DNA of 40,286 bases from a virus. Its lineage: Monodnaviria > Loebvirae > Hofneiviricota > Faserviricetes > Tubulavirales > Inoviridae. The stretch is from IMG/VR virus record IMGVR_UViG_2874968258_000009; one strand, given 5' to 3'. Positions within the stretch are counted from its first letter, which is position 1. Every line of letters begins with the position of its first letter. Position numbers and translations under genes: made by a program. The notes under the pieces are model-generated. The model was not told the DNA's origin. It did not search any database and saw only the letters and a list, made by a program, of their open reading frames with translations. This document shows positions 9,466-17,724 of this stretch, piece after piece.

Positions 9466-10490
9466 TATTTTTTCCCCGTATAAAGCGTCACACGCTCACC
9501 ATCAATAATTCCGCTCATCAACATCCCTTTGTAATTAAAACTGGATGCAGGAACGGCACGCAAAACACCGGCACCGTTAACAAGAATCACAAACGCCCTG
9601 CCTTCACTGGTCATTCTCCCTGATATACGCCACTCGGTTGAAAGTGGCGGTTCAGCTGGTTCTGAGGGAGTATCTGATGCTGGAGTAACAGCGGAAGAAC
9701 GAAACATGGCCGCATCACGTACATCTGTTGTAGTCAAATCTGGCGAGGGATCGCTTCGGCCAAACGTGCTGAAAAATGAGTAAATCAGCCAGCCTGACCC
9801 GATAAACATCAATGGAAAAAGCACAAGAAAGAACCTGACTTTGCCAGAATTCCAGATGCTCTGGCGTTTATCTGTCTGCTTTTCATTACCGTTATTTCCT
9901 TCATAGCTTTTGTAAAGTTCAAAAATATCAGGGTTATATTTATTGCGATAACTGGTGACGAGGTTGCTTTTATAGATTTTGTGGCCTGAATATACGTCAA
10001 TGCAGTAATGATTATTCAGGCCCAACGCTTTCAGCTTGCGCATCCGGTAAGTTGTTTCTATTTTGTCTTTCAGAAAGCGAGCAATATTAGAAAGTGACTG
10101 ATTTACAATAACCAAATCACAGCTAATACCCGTTTCAGGGTGCGTAAAATGACGATGTTCAGCAATAAATGATTTCTTCTCAGCCGTCATATCCTTATCG
10201 CTACCGAAGATTCGCCATGCTTCATCAATAACAATTAAATCACCAAACTGGCAAAAGCTCCCTTCCCCACCTTTAAAAGGAAAGAAATCTGCTTTAAGCA
10301 CATCATCATTATCCACAACAATAATTTCTCCCGTTGCATCAGGATAACGTTCGGTGATTTTATCTTTTTGTAAACCATAAATGTTCGTCACAACTCTCCG
10401 GCCGCTGGTAAATGCCGGAATAATGACATTGCAAACGGCTTCATAACTTTTTCCTGAGCCGGGTATGCCAATATATGCAGAAATAGCCAT
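9465..10490 (-). CDS. Zot/pI-family phage assembly ATPase
   Basis: 341 aa with an N-terminal Walker A motif (GIPGSGKS), a Walker B-like LIVIDEAW, and a C-terminal hydrophobic segment; positioned immediately upstream of the secretin gene as gene I is in Ff phages. Confidence 0.8.
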   Translation of the reverse strand: MAISAYIGIPGSGKSYEAVCNVIIPAFTSGRRVVTNIYGLQKDKITERYPDATGEIIVVDNDDVLKADFFPFKGGEGSFCQFGDLIVIDEAWRIFGSDKDMTAEKKSFIAEHRHFTHPETGISCDLVIVNQSLSNIARFLKDKIETTYRMRKLKALGLNNHYCIDVYSGHKIYKSNLVTSYRNKYNPDIFELYKSYEGNNGNEKQTDKRQSIWNSGKVRFFLVLFPLMFIGSGWLIYSFFSTFGRSDPSPDLTTTDVRDAAMFRSSAVTPASDTPSEPAEPPLSTEWRISGRMTSEGRAFVILVNGAGVLRAVPASSFNYKGMLMSGIIDGERVTLYTGKK

Positions 10491-10493
10491 AAC

Positions 10494-10781
10494 TCACCCT
10501 ATAACAGGAATACGTCGAATAATAAAACGAGTAGCCATTGCGGAGATAATCATACTAATCCCCTGTGGTAATTTACTCAGGTTAATGAAGTACCAGAATC
10601 CGTCTGATAAATTGGCAAACAGCGATGAGAGATTGCTTGAATCTGGCAGTAACTCAACAAGGATTTCAACGAAGCCCTGGACTACAAAATACAGCGCAAA
10701 GAATACGACGAATTTAATAATCAATGACCGGAATACAAAACCTAACAAAGTATTTAATGCACTAATCAGAATCCCAAACAT
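10494..10781 (-). CDS. Minor coat protein (pVI-like), hydrophobic
   Basis: 95-aa strongly hydrophobic ORF between the pIII-like and pI genes, the syntenic position of gene VI. Confidence 0.5.
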   Translation of the reverse strand: MFGILISALNTLLGFVFRSLIIKFVVFFALYFVVQGFVEILVELLPDSSNLSSLFANLSDGFWYFINLSKLPQGISMIISAMATRFIIRRIPVIG

Positions 10782-10793
10782 AGTTGCACTCCT

Positions 10794-12506
10794 TTAGGCA
10801 CTCAGAATAATACGGAGCGCAACAAATCCCCATATAATCAGAAATATGGTTTCTACGGCGCTTCTGTTCTGCTCAATTAACGGACAATGGGAGTCAATTC
10901 TGTACTGGTGATTAAACACGCTGAATTCAACAACGGGGCAGGATGCTGAACGAGAGCCGATGTTAAATTCGTTTGTAAAAGGCAACAAGTTAATAATTGG
11001 CGTTAAAATATCTCTTGCCGTTGGCGTTTCTTCAAGCTCAGGCTCTTTTACACCGGGATCTTCTCCCAAATCTATATTGCCATTATTTCCAGTGTCAGAT
11101 CCTGAGTTGTTATTAATGGTAATATCAATATTGACGTCAGCCCCTGCACTGTCAGATACAGGTGAAAGCATATCTAATAACGTTGGAGATAGCCTAAGTT
11201 CCGACATCGCAGAAGTTACTTCAGCCGGTGAAACCTCTTTAAACGGTAAGCCGTTATAATCGGCATTAACGGCAGCTTCAGACCACAGCTCGTTAATCAT
11301 GTCGGCAAGAAGTGCTGGCGATACACTAACACTATCAAGATACTCCAGATAATCAATCATGGACTCAATATTTCCGGCCTCCAGTACTTCCGTCATGGCT
11401 TTATATTTGGTATTGGTCCAGATAGTAAGCTCACTCTTTTCATCAATATCTTTTGCGGTGTAATCCTCTTTTTCAGGAACGGCGCAAATCGTCGAATATC
11501 CACCATTTGACTGATTAGTCGTTTTACAAGGCGTGTTGTGATACTGATATTGCTTGCCTGCTGTTAAATAAGCAACGCTGTAATACATGGGAAGCCCTGC
11601 TACATTTTCATACATGGGAATACCTGCGGGAAATGAAGATGCGGCCGGGTTGCTATACAAGTGTGTAATCTCAGGTATTTCATAAAATGAGGAAGGATAA
11701 GTAAACTTATAATTCTGTTCAGTAAAGGATACATCTCCATTACTGTTGACAACTTTATTCGTCACAGTGCGTTCAAAATTTGTTAGTGTTTCAGTATAAG
11801 TACGCGAGTTATAGTCATTAAGATAATTTCTGGCAATTTCAGTTGGATTATCACCATAGTAATAAATTAGCTCTTTCGAATCCTGATAATAATAAAGTGC
11901 ATTATCTGGCGTGGAATATCCTGTTTCAACACCTACAACTGGAGAACCCGCATCCACATTATTACGACTAACATGAAGGATTACCGGACTTAATTCCTGT
12001 GGTTCAAAATTAACGGTTATCGTCTTACTTTCACCACTTTGACCACTGTACGTTACTTCATATAAATTATCGGAAATCTTTTTACCGTTAGTCATTACCA
12101 TTACCGAGCCGTCAGATGAACTCAAAGAAGACGGAACAAAAGATGATACAGCAGCAGCAATACCCGCCCACGTTGCAACACCGCTCATTTTGTATGATGA
12201 GGCAGCAGGCAAGTATTCGGCAGCATTAGCCGCAGCGCGGCCAACAAAAACACGGGTTGCTGTAAGCTGTGATGCCGTATAAATCGCATCATTGGCAGCA
12301 AAGCGACGAACAAGCACCCGGCCAACGACTTTAGGAATAACAGCCCGCGCAGCCACTGCTGCAATTGCTGGTACAAATGAATATGAATATCGGGGAAAGG
12401 AAACCCAGAGAAAGGAAAAAATAAAGGAATAAACCGTCAGCCTCTTAGCCCAAGAATAACGACATAAGCTGAGACGATCCCCCATAAAAGGGAACCCAAT
12501 TTCCAT
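10794..12506 (-). CDS. Adsorption/minor coat protein (pIII-like); true start may be an internal Met
   Basis: Large ORF after the major coat gene with a Gly/Ser/Asn-rich linker (NNNSGSDTGNNGNIDLGEDPG) and a C-terminal membrane anchor (AVETIFLIIWGFVALRIILSA). Confidence 0.6.
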   Translation of the reverse strand: MEIGFPFMGDRLSLCRYSWAKRLTVYSFIFSFLWVSFPRYSYSFVPAIAAVAARAVIPKVVGRVLVRRFAANDAIYTASQLTATRVFVGRAAANAAEYLPAASSYKMSGVATWAGIAAAVSSFVPSSLSSSDGSVMVMTNGKKISDNLYEVTYSGQSGESKTITVNFEPQELSPVILHVSRNNVDAGSPVVGVETGYSTPDNALYYYQDSKELIYYYGDNPTEIARNYLNDYNSRTYTETLTNFERTVTNKVVNSNGDVSFTEQNYKFTYPSSFYEIPEITHLYSNPAASSFPAGIPMYENVAGLPMYYSVAYLTAGKQYQYHNTPCKTTNQSNGGYSTICAVPEKEDYTAKDIDEKSELTIWTNTKYKAMTEVLEAGNIESMIDYLEYLDSVSVSPALLADMINELWSEAAVNADYNGLPFKEVSPAEVTSAMSELRLSPTLLDMLSPVSDSAGADVNIDITINNNSGSDTGNNGNIDLGEDPGVKEPELEETPTARDILTPIINLLPFTNEFNIGSRSASCPVVEFSVFNHQYRIDSHCPLIEQNRSAVETIFLIIWGFVALRIILSA

Positions 12507-12530
12507 AATTCAATCTCCATAATAACCTCA

Positions 12531-12557
12531 AGTAAAACGGGCGATATTGCATCGCCC
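12531..12557 (-). terminator. Rho-independent terminator after the major coat gene
   Basis: Hairpin GGGCGAT-attgc-ATCGCCC (12539-12557) followed on the minus strand by GTTTTACTT; sits between pVIII and pIII as in Ff phages. Copies at +9504 and +19007. Confidence 0.55.
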
Positions 12558-12570
12558 ATGAATAATGAAT

Positions 12571-12804
12571 TTATGCGGATTTAACGGTACGCAATACCCA
12601 GCGAACGCCAGCGACACCGGCATAAAGTGTTACCAGTGAAGCAGCAACGGCCATAATCGCAACCAGAACTGTACTGAAATCAATGCTGTTCGTCAGCGGC
12701 GATAAATCAACACCACTTGATGCCGCTCCTTCTGCAGCGAAAGTCGCGCCAGAAACAGCCATTAATGCAGGTACAGCCAGAAAACTAACGATTTTTTTAA
12801 ACAT
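12571..12804 (-). CDS. Major coat protein (pVIII-like)
   Basis: 77 aa: signal peptide (MFKKIVSFLAVPALMAVSGATFA), acidic N-terminus, hydrophobic core and basic C-terminus (RWVLRTVKSA). Confidence 0.8.
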   Translation of the reverse strand: MFKKIVSFLAVPALMAVSGATFAAEGAASSGVDLSPLTNSIDFSTVLVAIMAVAASLVTLYAGVAGVRWVLRTVKSA

Positions 12805-12838
12805 AACTCTATCTCCATTACATTTTAAAGGTTCGCAT

Positions 12839-13090
12839 TCAAGCAGTACGAACCATCTTTATTACCTGTCCCACACCTACAGAAAAAAGCCAGAGCAGCA
12901 GGACAGAGCCAAAACCTAATATCCAGTAATTTCCCATTGCAGAATAATCAATTTGATGAAATGGTTCAGAACGTACCATTATTGCCTGACATTCTTTTGC
13001 ATTGTTCGCATTACATAAATAACCTTCAATACGGTAACCATTTTCAGGAATATGATTATCAAACTGAATATCGAAACCTGATGTATCCAT
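12839..13090 (-). CDS. Small membrane-anchored protein (possible minor coat/assembly protein)
   Basis: 83 aa with a C-terminal TM segment (YWILGFGSVLLLWLFSVGVG) between the ssDNA-binding and major coat genes. Confidence 0.4.
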   Translation of the reverse strand: MDTSGFDIQFDNHIPENGYRIEGYLCNANNAKECQAIMVRSEPFHQIDYSAMGNYWILGFGSVLLLWLFSVGVGQVIKMVRTA

Positions 13091-13092
13091 AA

Positions 13093-13410
13093 TCAGCCTT
13101 TTATTTCAGTAATGCCGCCATCTGATGAAATGTTATAAGTTACTCCTTCCCTCCCCTCCATTGACCAGACGCGAACATATACAGGTATCTGGACTAACTT
13201 ACCGATAAAATTATTTGCCTGATTCATTACACCGGCATTAACAAGAGCCTGAGATACACGAATAATAATCTGGTCTTGCTTAGTGCCGCCAAAACCATCA
13301 GGAATCTCTAAGCCAACACCAATTTCATTATAGTATCCCTGACCATTGACCTTATTACGCTGGCGAGCACCAAGCATTTTACCTTTTACAAAAAGACCAT
13401 AATTAGACAT
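13093..13410 (-). CDS. Putative ssDNA-binding protein (pV-like)
   Basis: 105-aa ORF immediately downstream of the replication initiator, the gene V position; assignment is by position and size only. Confidence 0.45.
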   Translation of the reverse strand: MSNYGLFVKGKMLGARQRNKVNGQGYYNEIGVGLEIPDGFGGTKQDQIIIRVSQALVNAGVMNQANNFIGKLVQIPVYVRVWSMEGREGVTYNISSDGGITEIKG

Positions 13411-13421
13411 ATCACTCTCCT

Positions 13422-14474
13422 TTAATGCCAGTTACTGGCATGTGAAATACGGTTATAATCGAAAATTAAACCTTTCTCATAAACCCATGATGGAATTTTG
13501 GCTGGTTTGGCTTCAAGAGTACGAACCAACGGAACAACGTTATTAGAATCCGGTGACTCACAATAAAAGTTAATATCTATTCCGAAAGAAAGTAGTTCTT
13601 TACGGTGTCGGTAGAATGTAGGTTTCGGTAACATCTCTTTCATGTTCGCGCCCTGCTTCCACAATAAATATGTAGACTGTATTTTTCTTGGGAGATTAAT
13701 TATTTTTTCATCAGTTAATATGGTATTTTGATTCATTTCTATTCTCCCTACATAGTCAGAGAATAATTTATTGGGCGTCTCAATATTCCAGCTATTACCA
13801 AGCGTAAGATTCAAATCAATTAATTCAGTTGTTCTTAATGTTAATTCAATGCGTAATTTATCTTTTGACCAGTCCAGTAAACCAGCTTTAACGAATTCGT
13901 CTGCCATCTGGTGCCCTTTTTTGCCAGATGTATGCTCATCATATTTTGAATAAAATTTCAGGCTCCAACGACGGGAGTTTTTCCCTAAGTAAACAGTGCC
14001 ACCTTTACCACAGGCGCGACCGTGGCGAGTTTTAGCTTTAAATTCTGCGGCATATAACCATGCGCGGACATTTTCTAATGTTGACAATGAATACATGTAA
14101 TTGATATCGATGCGCGAGATCTTAAATTGCCCTTCCATGACCTGCCGATAGGATGGTAGATCATGAGGAATATGCAGTAATGCCAATATTCTGGCGTAAG
14201 CTGTTAACACCAACCCTTGCAAATCGTCGGAACCTATAACAGAGTGACCTTGCAAAAACTTTGATGGATTACCGTCAATGTAGAGATGTGTTGCCCTACC
14301 TTCACCATCAGATCCAACAGACCTTACTTTCATTGTGGACTCATGCGAACCGCGAACGGTCAACCGTTTTACTGTTTCCCACTCCACTGCACCGTCAGCA
14401 TCGACGCTGACGACACTACCAGCCGGTAACGGTCGGTGTGTGCAAGGCAGGATTCCGGTAAACCAGTCGATCAT
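13422..14474 (-). CDS. Rolling-circle replication initiation protein (pII/RstA-like)
   Basis: 350-aa first gene of the minus-strand operon, divergent from an HTH regulator; length and position match pII/RstA-type initiators (..GGTVYLGKNSRRWSLKFYSKYDE..). Confidence 0.65.
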   Translation of the reverse strand: MIDWFTGILPCTHRPLPAGSVVSVDADGAVEWETVKRLTVRGSHESTMKVRSVGSDGEGRATHLYIDGNPSKFLQGHSVIGSDDLQGLVLTAYARILALLHIPHDLPSYRQVMEGQFKISRIDINYMYSLSTLENVRAWLYAAEFKAKTRHGRACGKGGTVYLGKNSRRWSLKFYSKYDEHTSGKKGHQMADEFVKAGLLDWSKDKLRIELTLRTTELIDLNLTLGNSWNIETPNKLFSDYVGRIEMNQNTILTDEKIINLPRKIQSTYLLWKQGANMKEMLPKPTFYRHRKELLSFGIDINFYCESPDSNNVVPLVRTLEAKPAKIPSWVYEKGLIFDYNRISHASNWH

Positions 14475-14645
14475 AAGTAGTCACACCCATCAAAATATGT
14501 GTCAATAGTCATTTGTGAGCAGATTGAATGGTCACAATGTAATATGCTCAGATCTGACAGTCAATACATTTGCAATGTTTAAATTGTCAGAAATGAGCAT
14601 CAAATCTAACTATTGAAAAACCACTGTTAAGATGGAGCCAAGTAG
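14475..14645. promoter_or_regulatory. Divergent promoter/operator region between the replication operon and the HTH regulator gene
   Basis: AT-rich 171-bp intergenic region containing two direct repeats, GTCAATAGTCATTTG (14501-14515) and GTCAATACATTTG (14560-14572), plus further TGTCA-containing motifs. Confidence 0.5.
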
Positions 14646-15092
14646 ATGGGCAACAATGAGCATGAAGTTATGGCGGACAAACAGAGAGCAGAACGTATCA
14701 AAAAGGTAATTCTGGAACACTCGACTTATGAAGAACTGGCCGAGAAGACTGGCATTAGCGTGAGTACGCTGGTCAGGATAGCGTCCGGCAAAACTGAACC
14801 TAAATTCAGTGACATCATTCAGATAGCTAAAATTACGGGTGCAGACTTAAACACCTTAGCTTATGGCTATGCTCTTGATGTTAAAGAAGAAGCTACCGAG
14901 CGGAAGCTAATCACTTCTGCGGATGGATATACTGATGAAGAAACCACTAACGCACATAATTTCATCGTGTGGAACATCAGGACACTGGAAAAACAAGATA
15001 TTCTGGCACTCGCAAGGCAGGTTTCTGCATTAAGTTCATACACTTACAGTACTAAAATGTTTATGAAAAAAGCGGTGTCTGGAGAAGAGTAA
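14646..15092 (+). CDS. XRE/Cro-C1-type helix-turn-helix transcriptional regulator (candidate phage repressor)
   Basis: 148 aa with an HTH segment (YEELAEKTGISVSTLVRIASGKTEPKFSDIIQIAKITGADLNTLAYG); divergently oriented to the replication gene. Confidence 0.7.
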   Translation: MGNNEHEVMADKQRAERIKKVILEHSTYEELAEKTGISVSTLVRIASGKTEPKFSDIIQIAKITGADLNTLAYGYALDVKEEATERKLITSADGYTDEETTNAHNFIVWNIRTLEKQDILALARQVSALSSYTYSTKMFMKKAVSGEE

Positions 15093-15121
15093 AAGGATTA
15101 ACAGTCTCAGGAATGAGACAA

Positions 15122-15156
15122 ACGTGCAGTATTACCAACACTGCACGTTCTTTATT
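15122..15156 (+). terminator. Rho-independent terminator after the regulator gene
   Basis: Hairpin ACGTGCAGT-attaccaaca-CTGCACGT followed by TCTTTATT. Copies at +9504 and +19007. Confidence 0.6.
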
Positions 15157-15191
15157 GTGCGAATTCTGAACAGTAAAAAAGGATCAAAAGG

Positions 15192-15614
15192 ATGAGTAGA
15201 AATAACGAAACAAGCGGCGTTGAACTGGTTGTCGTCGGCGTATTTGCTTTCTGTCTGGCAGTTGTTGCCTGGCTAATGAAAACTTTCGATGTTGAATGGC
15301 AAACAGCACTGGAAACTGCGCCTGGCCTGATAGTCTGGCTGCTTGTTGTTGGGGCGGGGATCTTTTTCGGGATCAAAATGGAAACAGGCCTTGTTCGCTG
15401 GGGTGCTCCACTGGCGATCGCCCTTCTGATTCCGGTATTCAAACCAATTCTTAAGGAAGCTGCCGGAGTACGTGAAATGGGTGGGTTGGTTTTCGATGAT
15501 ATGGTTTCGTGGTACGGAACTGGCTGGGGAATGTCGTTAATGTTTTTCGGTATTCTTATCGTCGGATACGGTCTGCTTTATTGGTGGCACAGAAGAAACT
15601 CTTATTATTGGTAA
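15192..15614 (+). CDS. Small integral membrane protein (about 4 predicted TM helices), function unknown
   Basis: 140 aa with hydrophobic segments LVVVGVFAFCLAVVAWL, LIVWLLVVGAGIFFGI, APLAIALLIPVF and MSLMFFGILIVGYGLLYWW; Shine-Dalgarno AAGGA upstream. Confidence 0.6.
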   Translation: MSRNNETSGVELVVVGVFAFCLAVVAWLMKTFDVEWQTALETAPGLIVWLLVVGAGIFFGIKMETGLVRWGAPLAIALLIPVFKPILKEAAGVREMGGLVFDDMVSWYGTGWGMSLMFFGILIVGYGLLYWWHRRNSYYW

Positions 15615-15681
15615 GCAATTTTGCTCCATATATCAGCGGTGAAGTTCAGAGGTGGTTATTTTTTAGTCTTGAGGAAAGATA

Positions 15682-16476
15682 ATGAAGCCAGAAAAAGCTA
15701 TCGAGATATTAAAAAGACAACGGGAGCAAATCCCAGCAATACAAAATGAACGAAGGAGTACAGGAAATAACCCAAGTTTTAACTTATGGCAAAGAAACAC
15801 TAAGACCGCCATATCAAAAATATTTGGTGAAGAGTCAGATCACAAAAAAGAATTTGGCTCAATTCGATACTCTTTAATGGCATTTGTTGGTGATACACCA
15901 GATTATGTTTTCGATAACGCATTTTGTAGTGGTTTAGATGAAGCACATTCTCTTCTTACGTCTATGATTGCTGAGATTGAAGAATATGGAATTGACGGAA
16001 ATTTCATAGAGACAAAAAATGATCCCGTAGCTCTTGTTGAACTAATTTGCCATCAATTTCATAAGGTTGCAAGACAGCTACAGCAACGACACGATAATAG
16101 ACAAACCATTGAAATAAATGACGAATATGACGTTCAGGATTTATTTCATGCTCTTTTGAAGATTCATTTCGAGGATGTCAGACCAGAAGAATATACGCCA
16201 AGCTATGCAGGATCTTCAACACGAGTTGACTTCTTGTTAAAGAATGAAAAAATCATTATCGAGTTAAAGAAAACGAGAAAAAATCTCAAGCAAAAAGAAG
16301 TTGGTGAGCAATTAATTGTTGATATAGCTCATTATCAAACGCATCCTGATTGCGAAACTTTAGTGTGTTTTGTATATGACCCTGAAGGTAGAATTGCCAA
16401 TCCAATTGGTGTGGAGAATGACCTTGAGCGTTGTACAAATTCAATTTCGGTAAAAGTAATAATCTCACCAAAATAA
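15682..16476 (+). CDS. Hypothetical protein with a PD-(D/E)xK-like nuclease motif (inferred from motif only)
   Basis: 264 aa. C-terminal half has acidic residues (DEYDVQD) followed by RVDFLLKNEKIIIELKK, i.e. a D ... E-x-K spacing as in PD-(D/E)xK folds; Shine-Dalgarno GAGGAAAG upstream. Confidence 0.55.
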   Translation: MKPEKAIEILKRQREQIPAIQNERRSTGNNPSFNLWQRNTKTAISKIFGEESDHKKEFGSIRYSLMAFVGDTPDYVFDNAFCSGLDEAHSLLTSMIAEIEEYGIDGNFIETKNDPVALVELICHQFHKVARQLQQRHDNRQTIEINDEYDVQDLFHALLKIHFEDVRPEEYTPSYAGSSTRVDFLLKNEKIIIELKKTRKNLKQKEVGEQLIVDIAHYQTHPDCETLVCFVYDPEGRIANPIGVENDLERCTNSISVKVIISPK

Positions 16477-16486
16477 AAGGACATAT

Positions 16487-16753
16487 ATGGCTACTGTAGA
16501 TGATGTTGCACAATGGATGAAATCAGAGCTGGAAAACACAAACTGGCTATATCAAGAAACTGTTGTATATAAAATAAAAGAGTTATTTGGCGATACTTTC
16601 GTATATTTGAATGCTAATGGAAATTTATCCATTGATAAAAAAGTATTAGCGAAGTTTAGAAAGCTAACTAATGACACGGTTATATGGGAGAGAGGTGAAA
16701 AAGCATGGCGAAAAAGACAAGGTTATGATGCCCCTGGTCGACAGCAGGACTAA
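16487..16753 (+). CDS. Hypothetical small protein, tightly coupled to the upstream 264-aa gene
   Basis: 88-aa ORF starting 11 nt after the upstream stop, with Shine-Dalgarno AAGGA; basic C-terminus. Confidence 0.5.
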   Translation: MATVDDVAQWMKSELENTNWLYQETVVYKIKELFGDTFVYLNANGNLSIDKKVLAKFRKLTNDTVIWERGEKAWRKRQGYDAPGRQQD

Positions 16754-16787
16754 ATAATTGGTTCGCACAATGACGTTATGCTAAAGA

Positions 16788-16824
16788 GGCCGCTGCGGGA
16801 TTCGATTTTCGCAGCGGCCTTTTC
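16788..16824 (+). terminator. Rho-independent terminator adjacent to the att site
   Basis: GGCCGCTGCG-loop-CGCAGCGGCC followed by TTTTC. Copies at +9504 and +19007. Confidence 0.6.
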
Positions 16825-16853
16825 AACATAACGAGTCGTACATTATGCGCACC
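16825..16853 (-). other. Phage attP-type XerCD site at the copy1/copy2 junction
   Basis: Minus-strand reading GGTGCGCATAA-TGTACGACTCG-TTATGTTGAAA: perfect XerC arm, divergent and longer central region, XerD-like arm 9/11. Confidence 0.6.
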
Positions 16854-16993
16854 AATGGTAAGGATGGCAGAATCTGGCGGGAATCGTTGACACTGGCCGT
16901 CAACTGGCTACTATCGACAGTGATTCAAAATCATCCGTTTCTCCAAACGAATCAGAATCAAATGTCTGTCAGCAGTAAGTGAACGGCCTGACC

Positions 16994-17242
16994 TCACCAA
17001 TCAGGCCTGTTCATCCAGTTAGTTGGTAAATCTGTACCTGATACACGAGAATCAAACACCACTTCTTCAGTGCCATCACCATGATGCCGGATAATCTGGT
17101 AACCGGATTGCGGGTTCTGGCTCTCAGCTTCATAAGCAGCCCGGAATGCTGGATCTTTGAGAAGCATCACTTTCAGCTCCTGATGTGTCATGAATTTTTC
17201 CATGATAAGCCCCGATGAATGCTGCCGCGCCGAATCAGCCAT
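16994..17242 (-). CDS. Hypothetical small protein (copy 2)
   Basis: Identical to the 7490-7738 product. Confidence 0.4.
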   Translation of the reverse strand: MADSARQHSSGLIMEKFMTHQELKVMLLKDPAFRAAYEAESQNPQSGYQIIRHHGDGTEEVVFDSRVSGTDLPTNWMNRPDW

Positions 17243-17724
17243 AACGCTGAAAATGGAAACTGTACGGCTTGGCCAACCCCGGACAGCAACAAAACAAGTT
17301 TTGTCACTGACCGGCGTTATCTTTCAAAACAGACAGTTAACGATTTTTTGTCTGGTGTTTATGCGTGAAATTTCGTGCGTACGAAATTCACCACCAATAA
17401 ACAAACGGACGATGACTGACCGGAAAAGCAATGCCGTCAGCATCATGACCACGCATTACCTGATTGAGAAGACTTCTGACTTCACGGCGCTCAGGCCTGG
17501 TCATCATCATATTGCGATACCAGGACGGCGATTTATCAAACCATCTGGCACAACTGGCAAAATGTGAACCTACACGACGATAAGACTTAAGGCGGCCACC
17601 GGGAAGTCGGTCACGCGCCTTATTTTTTACAGACATAATAAATCCTCTAAGTAACTGAATACCTAGAAGATGTCGTACTGTTCATACCCCATAAAAGTTA
17701 ACGCCATAATAAAAATCCATACAA

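Larger units (their letters stand above)
7335..16838. mobile_element. Filamentous (inovirus-like) prophage, tandem copy 1 of 3 (unit 9504 bp)
   Basis: All ORFs from 7490 to 16753 recur with identical translations at +9504 and again at +9503/+9504. Gene content and order follow the filamentous-phage replication-coat-assembly-secretin plan. Confidence 0.9.

Noticed and set aside
8327-11259. Plus-strand ORFs inside the secretin, Zot and pIII genes (8327-8524, 8528-8881, 9423-9623, 10465-10797, 10960-11259 and their copies)
   Set aside because: They lie antisense within long, well-supported minus-strand genes and have low-complexity composition; shadow ORFs.
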